Assembly: GCF_009914755.1 (NCBI RefSeq)
Contig: NC_060947.1
Source of the DNA: the human T2T-CHM13v2.0 reference genome, Homo sapiens
Strand: one strand, 5' to 3'
Length of the DNA stretch: 64,000 nt
The notes under the pieces were generated by a model. The model searched no databases. It saw only the letters and a program-made list of their open reading frames with translations, and had not been told where the DNA came from. The position numbers and the translations under genes were made by a program. Below, piece by piece: positions 47,939 through 59,490 of this stretch (position 1 is its first letter; the number at the start of each line of letters is the position of its first letter).

Positions 47939-50900
47939 ACAATGAGATCACATGGACACAGGAAGGGGAATATCACACTCTGGGGACTGTGGTGGGGTCG
48001 GGGGAGGGGGGAGGGATAGCATTGGGAGATATACCTAATGCTAGATGACACGTTAGTGGGTGCAGTGCACCAGCATGGCATATGTATACATATGTAACTA
48101 ACCTGCACAATGTGCACATGTACCCTAAAACTTAAAGTACAATTAAAAAAAAAAAAAAAAAAGAGAATTCAGCAAGGATTCAGGATGCCAAATCAATATA
48201 TGGAATCAATTGCATCTCTATATAAGAACAATAAATAAATGGAAAATGAAACATAAAAAAAAAAATCTTTTAAGGTGTTATAAAAATGAATTTATATTCC
48301 AAAGGTAAAGCTTCCCACCAACACATACTTCTTTTTTTATTCATTTTTTGATATTTGGGAGCAAGATGATATTTTCTCATTTTTCTTTTCATGGGGGTGG
48401 CCAGGTATTAATAGTAACTATTGTACTGTGGCCTGTCAGGATGGTTGAGTTTTCAAGAAGGTGACACATGTTTTTTGTTTTGTTTTGTTTTGTTTTTTGC
48501 CAGTAAAATTTGTTTTATTTATTTCTTCTTCCTTTTTTCCTTCTCAATTTATCTGTGGCAATGAGATTGTCTATTTCATTGAGAAAAGATAGCACAATTT
48601 CACTTCATTTGAAAGAACGTGGGATGCCATCCTAATTATGTGACTTATGAATGGTATGTGCTTGCAAAGAAGGATTAGGAAAGTTTGGAGGAGTGAAGAG
48701 CTTTTCTCATTTTAACCAGACAGTATATCTAATCATAACAATCTTTCCAAAACCTCTTAATCTAAATGGTCTGCATTTCACATTTGAGCTCCCTATTTAA
48801 TGCTGCTTAAAATTGTATACACATATAATACATACATAAATTCACCAAATTAAGGTTTTCTCTCTGTGTGTGCATACAGATATTTTGTGTGTATGTATAA
48901 AACTTTGGTATTCTAGTTTTTAATCCAAGAGAGTTTTAATCCAAGCTTAGGAAGGTTTTGTTTGAGTAAAGTATATGAATATGCAGTTTACAAAAAGGCA
49001 CATGATCTTCTAGAACTCTGCTTTTGCATGTTATTATTTCTAATGACTACATGATATGTTGATACCTTAACTGTATTGCATCATGAACGCATGTTTCTAA
49101 TACTTAATTTCCTTATTCAAAATCCAACATTTACTTGGAAACAGGTAGGTGAAAAGATAGCAACATAAATATGATTCTATAAACATTTCTCTTTATATTA
49201 GAAGGTAGAAATTGTAAATCGCCAAATGATAACTTGAAAGTAATATACAGAATATTTGGAATTCATGACTATATTTTGCTGCACTAGACTTAGATTGGTC
49301 TAGGTTTCTTAAGAAAGGAGTGAGGGAAATCTAGTTTTGTCTCATGTTCACCTTCTTTAGGGTAATTATCTTTTTTTTTCATGAAATAGACAACACTTTA
49401 TAAGTATGGTATGGGTACTAAGTAGAGACTGATCATTGGATTTCTACAAAATAGTAGGGAGTTTTAAAGGAGTCAATGCCGTTGACCTAATTTTAAGGAA
49501 ATTTTATTATTTTGTGTACAGTTATAGCACCAATGAAGACATATCACAATTATTTTTGGATTTCAAGTAAATGTTAAAGAAGAATAATATATTAATTTTG
49601 TGGTCTTGACCACTTACATGGGTATTGCCACCTTGATAGTTCCACTAGTTGTAATACAGGGTTTAGGTATAAAACAACAGCTGTGTATAGATCCAATAAT
49701 TGTAATATTGAAAATAATTTGAAATTAATTTGAAAATGTAATATTAATATTATCAAAGGGAAAGATTTCAGACTATTTTGAGATATAACAATGCAAATAT
49801 GATACAATGCTTATTATTGACCAAGGGACCCAACATTATGTAATTAAGAAATAAATGGAATGTAAGATGTCCGACCGAGAGAACACATGTAGTCATGTAA
49901 GCAGTCTCATGTTTTGTCTTACTCCAGTCACTCACTTGTTCTGTGTCCTTAGGAAAGTCTTTTATTTTCTCAGGACTTCAGTTTTTAGTATGCACTGCTA
50001 TCTCCCATGTCTCTCCTAAGTTTCATTGGCCCACCTCTGTAAAACACCATACAAACATAATGTGCGATTATTGGTTGTATTACAAGATAAATAATATTAC
50101 CGGAATTCTAACAAATAGCTATAAAAATCACAATATTTTATTGATTATACAAATACATTCCCTTATTTCCACATTTTTATGTTACCTTACAGAAATCTGT
50201 ACCTCTTAATTTTTAAAAATTTTCTCACTTAACCCTTCATATGTACTACATCAATATATACTTCTCACAGAAGATAGTGACATTCAAGAGCAGCCAATAA
50301 ACCTTAAGATAACTGAAGGAAGAACACTTAGATGTTTCCCATTTTTCTTCCTCAAATATGGTATAAAATCTGAGTCAATGCCGTATTGACACAGCTTTTC
50401 TATTTGCTATCATTTATAAATTCTGGGATTACCTGAGTGATTGTTTTCTCAGAAAACCATAATGTGATCTCCAACCTAATACTCCAACTATCATGCACTA
50501 ATTAAAACTGCAATTATATTTTTTCTCAAACAAAACAACTTAATAAACATTATTGCAAACTGTTTACCCTTCCCCAAAACAATTTATGTTCACTAATACA
50601 ATTTTCCATTAAAACTGCTGCCAGGTACATTAAAAACTCTGGAAATAGTAAGTAAGTGGGAAATTAATTCAACAGTTTAATCTAGACCTAATAACACTTG
50701 CAAGTGCAGAAAAAGATTGCTACAGTGGGGAGTTAATTAACAGCTTATTCCCCATTTGATAAAAGTAATCCACTTTAATTCCAGTGTAATTTACCTCAAT
50801 GTAATATAAAACCACAAGCTGCCTCTGGTGCTGGTAATTATTAGCTTTGTCCTGTGGCCACATTGACAGTAAAAGTCAGCAGTATCTTAATAATAAGAGA

Positions 50901-51109
50901 CTGTCTGCTAAACACCCACAATTAAAGATGTAATATGAAATCTTCTAACAGCAGCAACCATGTGTATTGCTATACAAGCAGGGTTGCAGTGGATTTAAAC
51001 TGCATTTAATTGTTCCACCTACTTCTAGAAAGCAGGTGTGGCATGTGAAAAGTAAGCATTTTATTGGCTTCATGTAAGGAAGCACAGGGAATATTAGTGA
51101 TGAGTTCAT

Positions 51110-51895
51110 CCCATTGTTTTCCTTCCCTACTACCACTGTCTCAGTAAAGCTATCATCTCTTTTCACTTAGACTGCTGCACAAATCTATGCAGTTTCTCCA
51201 CCCGCTTCTCACTCCAACCCATCCTCTATGTAGTCAGACACACAAATTTCATCATGTAACCTTCATGGATATAAACCTTCATTGACATTCATTTATTGTT
51301 CACAAGATGAAATTGAAATTCTCTGCATGATGTAAAAGTGGTTCCATATTCTGCCCTCAATCTACCATTCAAACCTTATTTATCAACTTGAAAAATAAAG
51401 AAGATAAATTCATCTGCCTGCAGTACCCTTTCCTTGCTTATCTCCTATCTCCTCTGTGAAGTTTTCTTAGACACTCCCCATGAAAATTTAGTCATTACTT
51501 TTTCTATTCTTTTACAATACTTTATATTCACCTATTATTTCACTTTTCAAATTGCTGTTTATTTCTATTAACATGTCTGTATCCACCTACTAGACTAGTG
51601 GCTCTCAAAGTGTGGTCCCCGGACCATCAGCATTAGCATTACTTGGGTACAAATTTCGAAGCAAATTCTCAGGCTTCACCCCAGACCTACTGAATCAAAA
51701 ACATTGGCAGCGGGGCCCAGCAGTCTGTTTCAACAAGCCCTCTGGGTGATTCTAATGGATAGTAAACTTTGAGAACCAGTCTTGACTGTGAGTATGTTGG
51801 GGATATATACAGTGGCTTATTCTCTTTTTATTTTCTTCATCTGGCCGTTTATAGCACATAGAAGGTACTCAGAAATATTTTTTGAATAAATGAGT
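51110..51895 (+). mobile_element. L2 fragments ending in the L2 3' terminus, interrupted by MER5A
   Basis: The 3' end tagcacatagaaggtactcagaaatattttttgaataaatga is typical of L2. Confidence 0.65.
51596..51781. mobile_element. MER5A hAT-Charlie MITE
   Basis: tagtggctctcaaagtgtggtcccc…cccagacctactgaatca…aaactttgagaaccag (inverted termini). Confidence 0.88.
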
Positions 51896-52958
51896 TATGA
51901 TGGAATAAGTGGTAGCAAAAATAGAAAATCTAGAGAAGGTATGGAAACACAAGTGACTTCCAAGTTGCTCCTTTATCTAACTAAAATGAAAAGTCTGTGT
52001 TTCTCTGAGAGAGTAGATTATTTAAATAGGAAAAGTCAAGAATCTAAATTATTATCAATATTTCAAGTCCTTCTGTACAAAAAAGAAAAATCACACAGAA
52101 GTATGTTTGTATGATTACTGATATTCTCAATAGGTTAATCTAGTTTCTTTTCTCTTTGGAAGTTATGGTTTGTGTAAAAAACATTTAGACTATGTTAGGC
52201 AGCCAATATGGTCTAATTCTTTTAAATGTTATAATTATTTCTCTTTTTAAAAAACTCACAACTTTTAGCTAACACTGTGTGTTAAATGCAATAGCATATG
52301 TTGTATGTACATATTATTTTGGCTGTGGACACTAAACTAAACAATTTGCTTGCTATTAACTGAATTCTTTAATATAGATAAGTAATATGTAGATAAATTA
52401 GATCATTAAAAATAATAGACTTTCTCAAACTACAATGAAGTCATTTAAAAGTACATTTGTGTTTCTTATAGTACATGAATTCCAATTACAGAAGTAAAGT
52501 AATGTATGTTATTATCCCACAACATTAGATGTTAGCAAGGATTAAGTGTTTTTTATTCCCCATTATTGCCTGTAACATTTGTTTATAACAGGAGTCCATT
52601 TGAGCAGCCTCCTTCTGGGCTTTTAATGCATTCTTTAGAACGAGAGTGACTTTTGAGGGGAGTTCTATCAGATAGAAAAGCCAAACAAATTCAAGTGATG
52701 TTGTAATGCAACCTTTCTATTATTCTATCTAGAAAATGTATATGATTTTCAGGAACAGAAAATAAGCCTTAGTCGATTAAAAACTGTTAGCTATTGTGTA
52801 GGAGCATCATACATTATACTGCTTATGTAGATATATGTAAAAACAGATATTTGTGAGACATGAATTTATGTGTATGCCCATACTACGTGGTTACCTTTAT
52901 TGTGACCTTTAATGACGGCTATTTTAAAAGCAAACTGTTCTGTACATGCAAGTGTACT

Positions 52959-52984
52959 TCATCATCATCATCATCATCATCATT
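52959..52984. repeat. (CAT)n microsatellite followed by a MIR fragment
   Basis: Directly visible; explains the poly-His ORF at 52912-53106. Confidence 0.85.
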
Positions 52985-53209
52985 ATAATGACCTAATAAC
53001 ATCTTTGTGTTTCAAAATAATTTCACATTCAATTTCTTATTTCTTTTATCCTCGCAAGTATCCTATAAAATACTCAAAGCAGATATTATCCTTATTTTGC
53101 AGATGAAGAAACCAAAATCAGATAAATTTAAATGAAAGACAAAGCTGGAATTAGAGCCCAGGTTGCCTGAATTCTACTTAAGTGCTCCTTCCACTTTCTT
53201 ACACTTCTC

Positions 53210-53760
53210 TTACATATGTATGAACTCCGTTGACCAAACATGTACAGAGTGACTACTATATGTCAAGAAATGTGCTTGGATATATTTCAGTGTGGTGTAT
53301 TTCAGTGTATGTCTTGAAGGACGGGTAGTGTTTGGATATTTGGTAAGTAAAGAGGAAACAAGCTTAGGGTGGAATGAGGGTATAATCAAAACAGATGTGG
53401 TTTAAGATGAGGCATGTTGAAGAATGGGTGATGAATAAATGATTCACTTTAGAGAAGAGTGGAAGATGAAGTTGGAAAGATAGGTTGTGATTTATTGTCA
53501 TGATTATCTTTTTTCCAAACTGGAGTTCTAAATTTATTCCATAGTCAATAGGAAGCCAATGAAACTCTTTCGAACAGAGGATACTGGAACAGGAATTTTA
53601 ACTGGATTTATCTGGCAGATCTAGGTGGTTATGTTGGAGCAGAGTGGTAGGTATGAAGAGTGTCTGGAGCTTGGGCTCTAATTAGCAGCTGCAATAATCC
53701 CATCTTGAGGAGATAAGGCCTGAGCTAGAATATCAGCAGTGGCCATAGAAAAGAGTAACA
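53210..53760 (-). mobile_element. Degraded L2 fragments
   Basis: Purine-rich L2-like text (ttattccatagtcaataggaagccaatgaa…gcagctgcaataatccc…ggcctgagctag). Confidence 0.5.
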
Positions 53761-54029
53761 TGTGCGTTCCTCCTTTGTACATGTATGGAATGTGCTTACT
53801 TTCTCCCTCGTTTATAAGATTTTTGCTAGTTACTATATACAGTTTTAAAAATTTCTACATATCTCCCACAGAGCTTGGCAAGTACAGTGCCATGCTTATT
53901 GTAGGTGTCCGGTAAATATTGTTAACTGGCCAGCTGTTTGAAATGTTCACAGTATTTGTAGTAGACGAGGCTGTAATGGCATTTATTGTTAAACTGTAGG
54001 GTTGGTCATTGTGGCTGAGTTTTTTAAAA

Positions 54030-54720
54030 GTCCACACTTCTTGGTATTTTCACAAATGAGCTGAAAACTTACATCCAAACAAAATCTGCATAGTGATGTG
54101 CATAGCAGCTTTTTTTTCATAGTTTCCAAAACATGAAAGCAACCAAGATATTCTGCAGTAGGTGAATGGGTAAATAAATTGTGGTACATCAAGACAATTG
54201 AATATTATTCGCTGCTAAAAGAAATGCAATATCAAGCAATGAAAAGACATGGGAGTAGCTTAAATGCATATTGCTAAGTGAAAGAAGCCAATCTAAAAAG
54301 GCCCCATACTGTATTATTACAATGGTCTGACATTCTGTAAAAGGCAGAACTATGGAGACAGTGAAAAAGAGTTTGGAGGGAATGAGGGATTAATAGGAGG
54401 ATCACAGAGGATTTTTAATGTGTCAAACTATTCTGTATAACACTCTAATTGTGGATAAATGTCATTATACACTGCGAAATCACATAGAATATACAGCACT
54501 GACAGTGAACCCTAATGTAAACTCAGGGTTTTGGGTGATTAAGATGTGTCAATATAGGTTCATCAATTGTAACAAATGCACCACTCTGGTGTGAGTGACT
54601 GGGAGCCTGCAGGGGTGTTATGATGTATGGAGTCAGGTGGTGTATGGATCTATACTTTTTTTCTCAATTTTGCTATGAACAGAAACTGCTCTAAAATAAA
54701 GTCTATTGGAAATCAAAACA
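54030..54720 (+). mobile_element. L1MC-type 3' end
   Basis: taaatgcatattgctaagtgaaagaagccaatct…gtgaaccctaatgtaaac…ctgctctaaaataaagtc. Confidence 0.85.
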
Positions 54721-55861
54721 AAAGAAGTCAATTTGCTATTAAAACTTTCAGTAATTGGTGTTAATTAACATATGAGTCAAGAGAGAGGAAGACTAAAGTG
54801 GAAGGTTAACAGTGAGTGTTTGAGTTATCTGTTTTTAGAAAAGTAATATCAAACCTTCCTAACTTTTCTATAGATTATATGGATGAAAATATAAGGTGTG
54901 AAGTGTCAAGTTGTGAAGGAAATTCTTTTTTCATTCATGTTTGCGGCCTTTGTGTTAGATTCCTGATGCACGAATGGGGCTGTGTAAAGCTATATGCTAG
55001 ACACTACTCCTTAATAAACATGACCATTCCTTTTTGTTATTTTGTTATTTAAAAAGATTGACATGTGGGCAGTAAAATAATAAAGTAAATATCAAAAACC
55101 CACAGTTATGGAGACATTGATTTGGGAAGAAATTCGTTACGTCTGTCTTGATCACTTCCGATTTCACCTTCTGGGTATTTTCTTCTTCTGTGGTTCTATT
55201 TATCTCCTCTCTTCTGTACAGAAGCTCCTCTGTATCTGAGCATATCTAAAACTCACAAGGTTTTACATAAACACATTTGTTTTTAAGTTGAATGTGACAG
55301 ACAAGATTTAGCCCACAGTCTTTACATGCATTTTTACTAAATGGTACTGTGAGTTGGTCCTTCAGGGCTTTGATATCAGTCAAACTTTTGTCTTCCTTAC
55401 TAATACTCATTTCACCAAGCACCTTTTCCCAAAGTAAGTTAGATTTGGTTTGTGATAATAACGTGTTAAGTCAGGTAATGCTCATCGTTGATGAGCTTCA
55501 CAATTGCCCTAGGGAACTTCTTAGCAGCCCACTTTAATGCTGTACGGATCTAATAGCTTTTGAAATTATGAAGCCATCCATGACTTGTGACAAAGGTGTA
55601 ATTAGAAGCACTTTCTCCATGCTTAACCTTTAAGTTCTCAACCATTTGCATTATCAAAAACAAACTAACCAAACCAAATTGAAATGAAAATATATTGTTT
55701 CTAAAAAAGGAGAGGATGATCAAATACCAATACAGATCATTCACCTGAGCTCCAGATTATACGTTCACCCATCTACTGGGTCCCTACGTGTCCAAAATGC
55801 GACTTAAACTCGGCATTTTGAAAGTCAAGCTCATCTTCACCCTCAACAATTTATCCTTCTT

Positions 55862-56985
55862 CTAAAACTATAAAAACCCTAGAAGAAAATCTAGGCAACA
55901 CCCTTCTGGACATAGGCATGGGCAAAGATGTTATGATGAAATCTCCAAAAGCAGTTCCAACAAAAGCCAACATTGATAAATGGGATCTAATTAAACTAAA
56001 GAGCTTCTGCATAGCAAAAGAAACTATCATCAGAGCAAATAGACAATCTACAGAATGGGAGAACATTTTTCTCAATATATCCATCTGACAAAGGTCTAAT
56101 ATCCAGAACCTACAAGGAACTTAAACATATTTACAAAAAGAAACCCAAACCCATTAAAAAGTGGGCAAAGGAAATGTACAGACATTTCTCAAAAGAAGAC
56201 ATTTATGTGACCAACAAACATATGAAAAAAAGATGAACATCATTGATCGTTAGAGAAATGCAAATTAAAACCACAATGAGATACCATCTCATGCCAGTCA
56301 GAATGGCAATTATAAAAAGTCAAGAAACAACAGATGCTGGCAAGGTGTGGAGAAATAGGGACACTTTTACACTGTTGGTGGGAATATAAATTTATTCAAC
56401 TATTGTGGAAGACTGTGTGGTGGTTCCTCAAAGATTTAGAACTGGAAATACCATTTGACCCAGCAATCTCGTTACTGGGTATATACCCAAAGGAATATAA
56501 ATCATTCTATTACAAAGATACATGCACGTGTATGTTCATTGCAGCACTATTCACAACAGCAAAGACATGGAATCAACCCAAATACCCATTAATGATAGAC
56601 TAGATAAAGAAAATGTGGTACATATACATCATGGAATACTATGCAGCCATAAAGGGGAATGAGATTATGTCCTTTGCAGGGAGATGGATGAAGCTGGAAG
56701 GCCATTATCCTCTGCAAACTAATGCAGGAACGGAAAACGAAATACCACCTGTTCTCACTTATAAATGGGAGCTGAACAATGAGAACACATGGACACAGGG
56801 AGAGGAACAACACACACTGAGGCCTGTTGGGGGAGGGTGAAGCGGGAGAGCATTAGGAAAAAAATGCATGCTGGGCTTAATTCCTAGTTGATGGGTTGAC
56901 AGGTTCAGCAAACCACCATGGCACACGTTTACCTATGTAACAGACCTCACATCCTGCACATGTACCCAGAAACTTAAAAAAAAAA
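55862..56985 (+). mobile_element. L1PA8-11-age 3' fragment with poly(A)
   Basis: ORF2 C-terminal peptide at 56334-56603 ([12 protein letters not shown]), 3'UTR and A-tail at ~56976-56985; no TSD found. Confidence 0.92.
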
Positions 56986-57538
56986 GTCTGTTTAAAATGC
57001 TCAAAAATCTTTTACTCATTTTAAAAATTGGGTTGTTGGTTTTATATTATTGTTTTGTAAGATTTCTTTATATAGTTTGGATGGAAGCTCTTTGTCAAAT
57101 ATATATTTTACAAAGATTTTATCCCAGTTAGTCATTTGTCTTTTCCTTTTCCTGTGTTTTTCAAAGAGCTGTAGTTTCCAATTCTAATGAATTACATTAT
57201 ATCAAATTTTTATTTTATAGTTTGTGATTTTGTTTTGTATAATACATTTTTGCCTAACACAATGACACAGAGATTTTCTACTGTGTTTTCTTATAGAAGT
57301 TTTATCATTTTTGCTTTTATATTTTAATATATTATCCACTTTGAGTTGATTATTTTTTGTCTTATGAGGTAAACTTTGAGGTTTTATTTTCTACATGAAT
57401 ATTCAATTTTCCCAGAATCATTTGTTAAAAATCTTTTCCACAGGGAATTACCTTGGCAACTTTGTTGGAAATTCAATGACCATATAAGTGTGAGTCTATT
57501 TCTGGACCCTCTATTAGGTCCCATGGGTTTTTATTCTT

Positions 57539-57866
57539 TTTATTATTATTATTATACCTTTAAGTTTTAGGGTACATGTGCACAACGTGCAGGTTTGTTA
57601 CATATGTATACATGTGCCATGTTGGTGTGCTGCACCCATTAACTTGTCATTTAGCATTAGGTATATCTCCTAATGCTATCCCTCCCCGCTCCCCCCACCC
57701 CACAACAGTCCCCGGTGTGTGATGTTCCCCTTCCTGTGTGCATGTGAAATGGATGAAACTGGAAACCATCATTCTCAGCAAACTAACACAAGGACAAAAA
57801 ACCAAACACCGCATGTTCTCACTCATAGGTGGGAATTGAACAATGAGAACACATGGACACAGGAAA
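57539..57866 (-). mobile_element. Short L1PA (L1PA4-6-like) with a ~117-bp 5' inversion
   Basis: Perfect 13-bp TSD ggtttttattctt (57526-57538 / 57867-57879); 57539-57746 is antisense and 57749-57865 is sense. Confidence 0.92.
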
Positions 57867-58280
57867 GGTTTTTATTCTTAATCTCACATCAGGACCCCAC
57901 TGTGATGATTATTGTAGCTTGTAAGTCTTGAAATCGGGTAACGCAAGATTTTTTTTTAAATTGGCAATCCTAGGTCTTTTGCCTTTCTCTATAAATTTAA
58001 ATTAAAGTAATTAATTTCTTCTAACAAAGCTTACTAAGAGGATGTGATTGGAATCATATCAAATAAATAGATCAATTTGGGGAACACTACCATGTTAACA
58101 ACATTGAATCTTCCAGTGCATGGACATATATAGCTCTCCCTTTAAGTATTATTTTATTTCCTTCATAAAGGAATGCTTTATGATTTTTAGGGTACAAAAC
58201 TTGCACATATTTCACTAAATTCATTCCTGTATCTTGTTGATGCCTTTGTAAATATAGATTTTTTAAAAAAATTCAAAGTT

Positions 58281-58564
58281 CAATGAGAACACTTGGACAC
58301 AGAAAGCGGAACATCACACACCACGGCCTGTTGCGGGGTGCGGGGAAGGGGGAGGGATAGCATTAGGAGATATACCTAATGTAAATTATGAGTTAATGGG
58401 TGCAGCACACCAACACGGCACATGTATACATATGTAACAAACCTGCACGTTGTGCACATGTACCCTAGAACTTAAAGTATAATAAAAAAAAGATAGACAA
58501 TTCTTACCATACTATGCCAAACTCCATCTATTCTGTTACCATTAAAGGAAATATTGAAATGCAA
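58281..58564 (+). mobile_element. Short L1PA5-like 3' end with a 71-bp 3' transduction
   Basis: L1 3'UTR, A-tail to 58491, unique 58492-58562, then a second A-run; TSD aaaaaaattca[aa/gt]gttcaa (58265-58283 / 58565-58583). Confidence 0.88.
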
Positions 58565-59344
58565 AAAAAAATTCAGTGTTCAAATGTTTATTGCTAGTTT
58601 GTTGAAGTGTAATTTTTTGTTTATTGATGTTGTATACTATGAGCTCACTAGATTCAGCTATTCATTTTAGTAGCTTTCTGTAGAATCCTTAATCTTTTCT
58701 ACATGCATGTTCATATTATTTAGGAATAACAGCAGTTTCACTTTTTCTTTTTCATTCTGTATATCTTTTACTTATTGCCTTATTTAGCTGGATAGGACCT
58801 CCAGTAAAATACTAAATAGAAATAGCGAGAATACACATTCTTGCATTGTTCCTGGAAAGCATTTAGTATTTAGATATTGAGTATGATGTTGGCTATAGGG
58901 ATTTTGTAGATGCCCATTTTCAGATTCATCATATGTATCAGGTCTTAGTTCTCCTAAACCTGCCATACTGCTTCAAACCTCTGTTACTTTACATAACCTC
59001 ATTTCTCCGTTTGATTCAGATGTTGTGCCTAAGCTTCACCTAGCTAATTTTAAACTCTTATTACTAGTCTCAGGAAGCTCGTTTTTTTCAGCAAAAGCTT
59101 TAGTGATTTCACATGATGCTCCCTCCTCCCACCCACCACTCTGTGCCCCATTACCAACTGTGTCATGTGTTCTTCCTTTGTCATTGAAAAGTACCAGGCA
59201 AGTGTAGCCTTCCTTATGTTTGCTAAATTTGATTTCTGTTTGCTCTTATTTAACTTAGGTTACTGAGTTCTAGGGCTTGGAGCATTTATCTCTGCATTTT
59301 CAGTCAGTGCCCAGTACATAGAAAATGCTCAACACTCACTAGAA

Positions 59345-59490
59345 TGAAAGAAGCAAAGGAAAGATCAAAGGAAGAGAGGAGGAAAGAGAGGGAGGGAGGA
59401 AAGAGGAAAGGGGGAAAGGGATAGAGGGAGAAAAGAAGGCAAGAAATAAGGGAAGAGCAGAAGGAAAAGATAAGGGAGGGGAGAGGCAAA
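59345..59490. repeat. GA-rich low-complexity tract following an L2 3' end
   Basis: Nearly pure purine sequence. Confidence 0.85.

Larger units (their letters stand above)
56990..58930 (-). mobile_element. Old L1M ORF2 fragment, hosting two short L1PA insertions
   Basis: Diverged antisense ORF2 text (ttatccactttgagttgatt…, acattgaatcttccagtgcatggacat…, ggataggacctccagtaaaata…). Confidence 0.8.
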
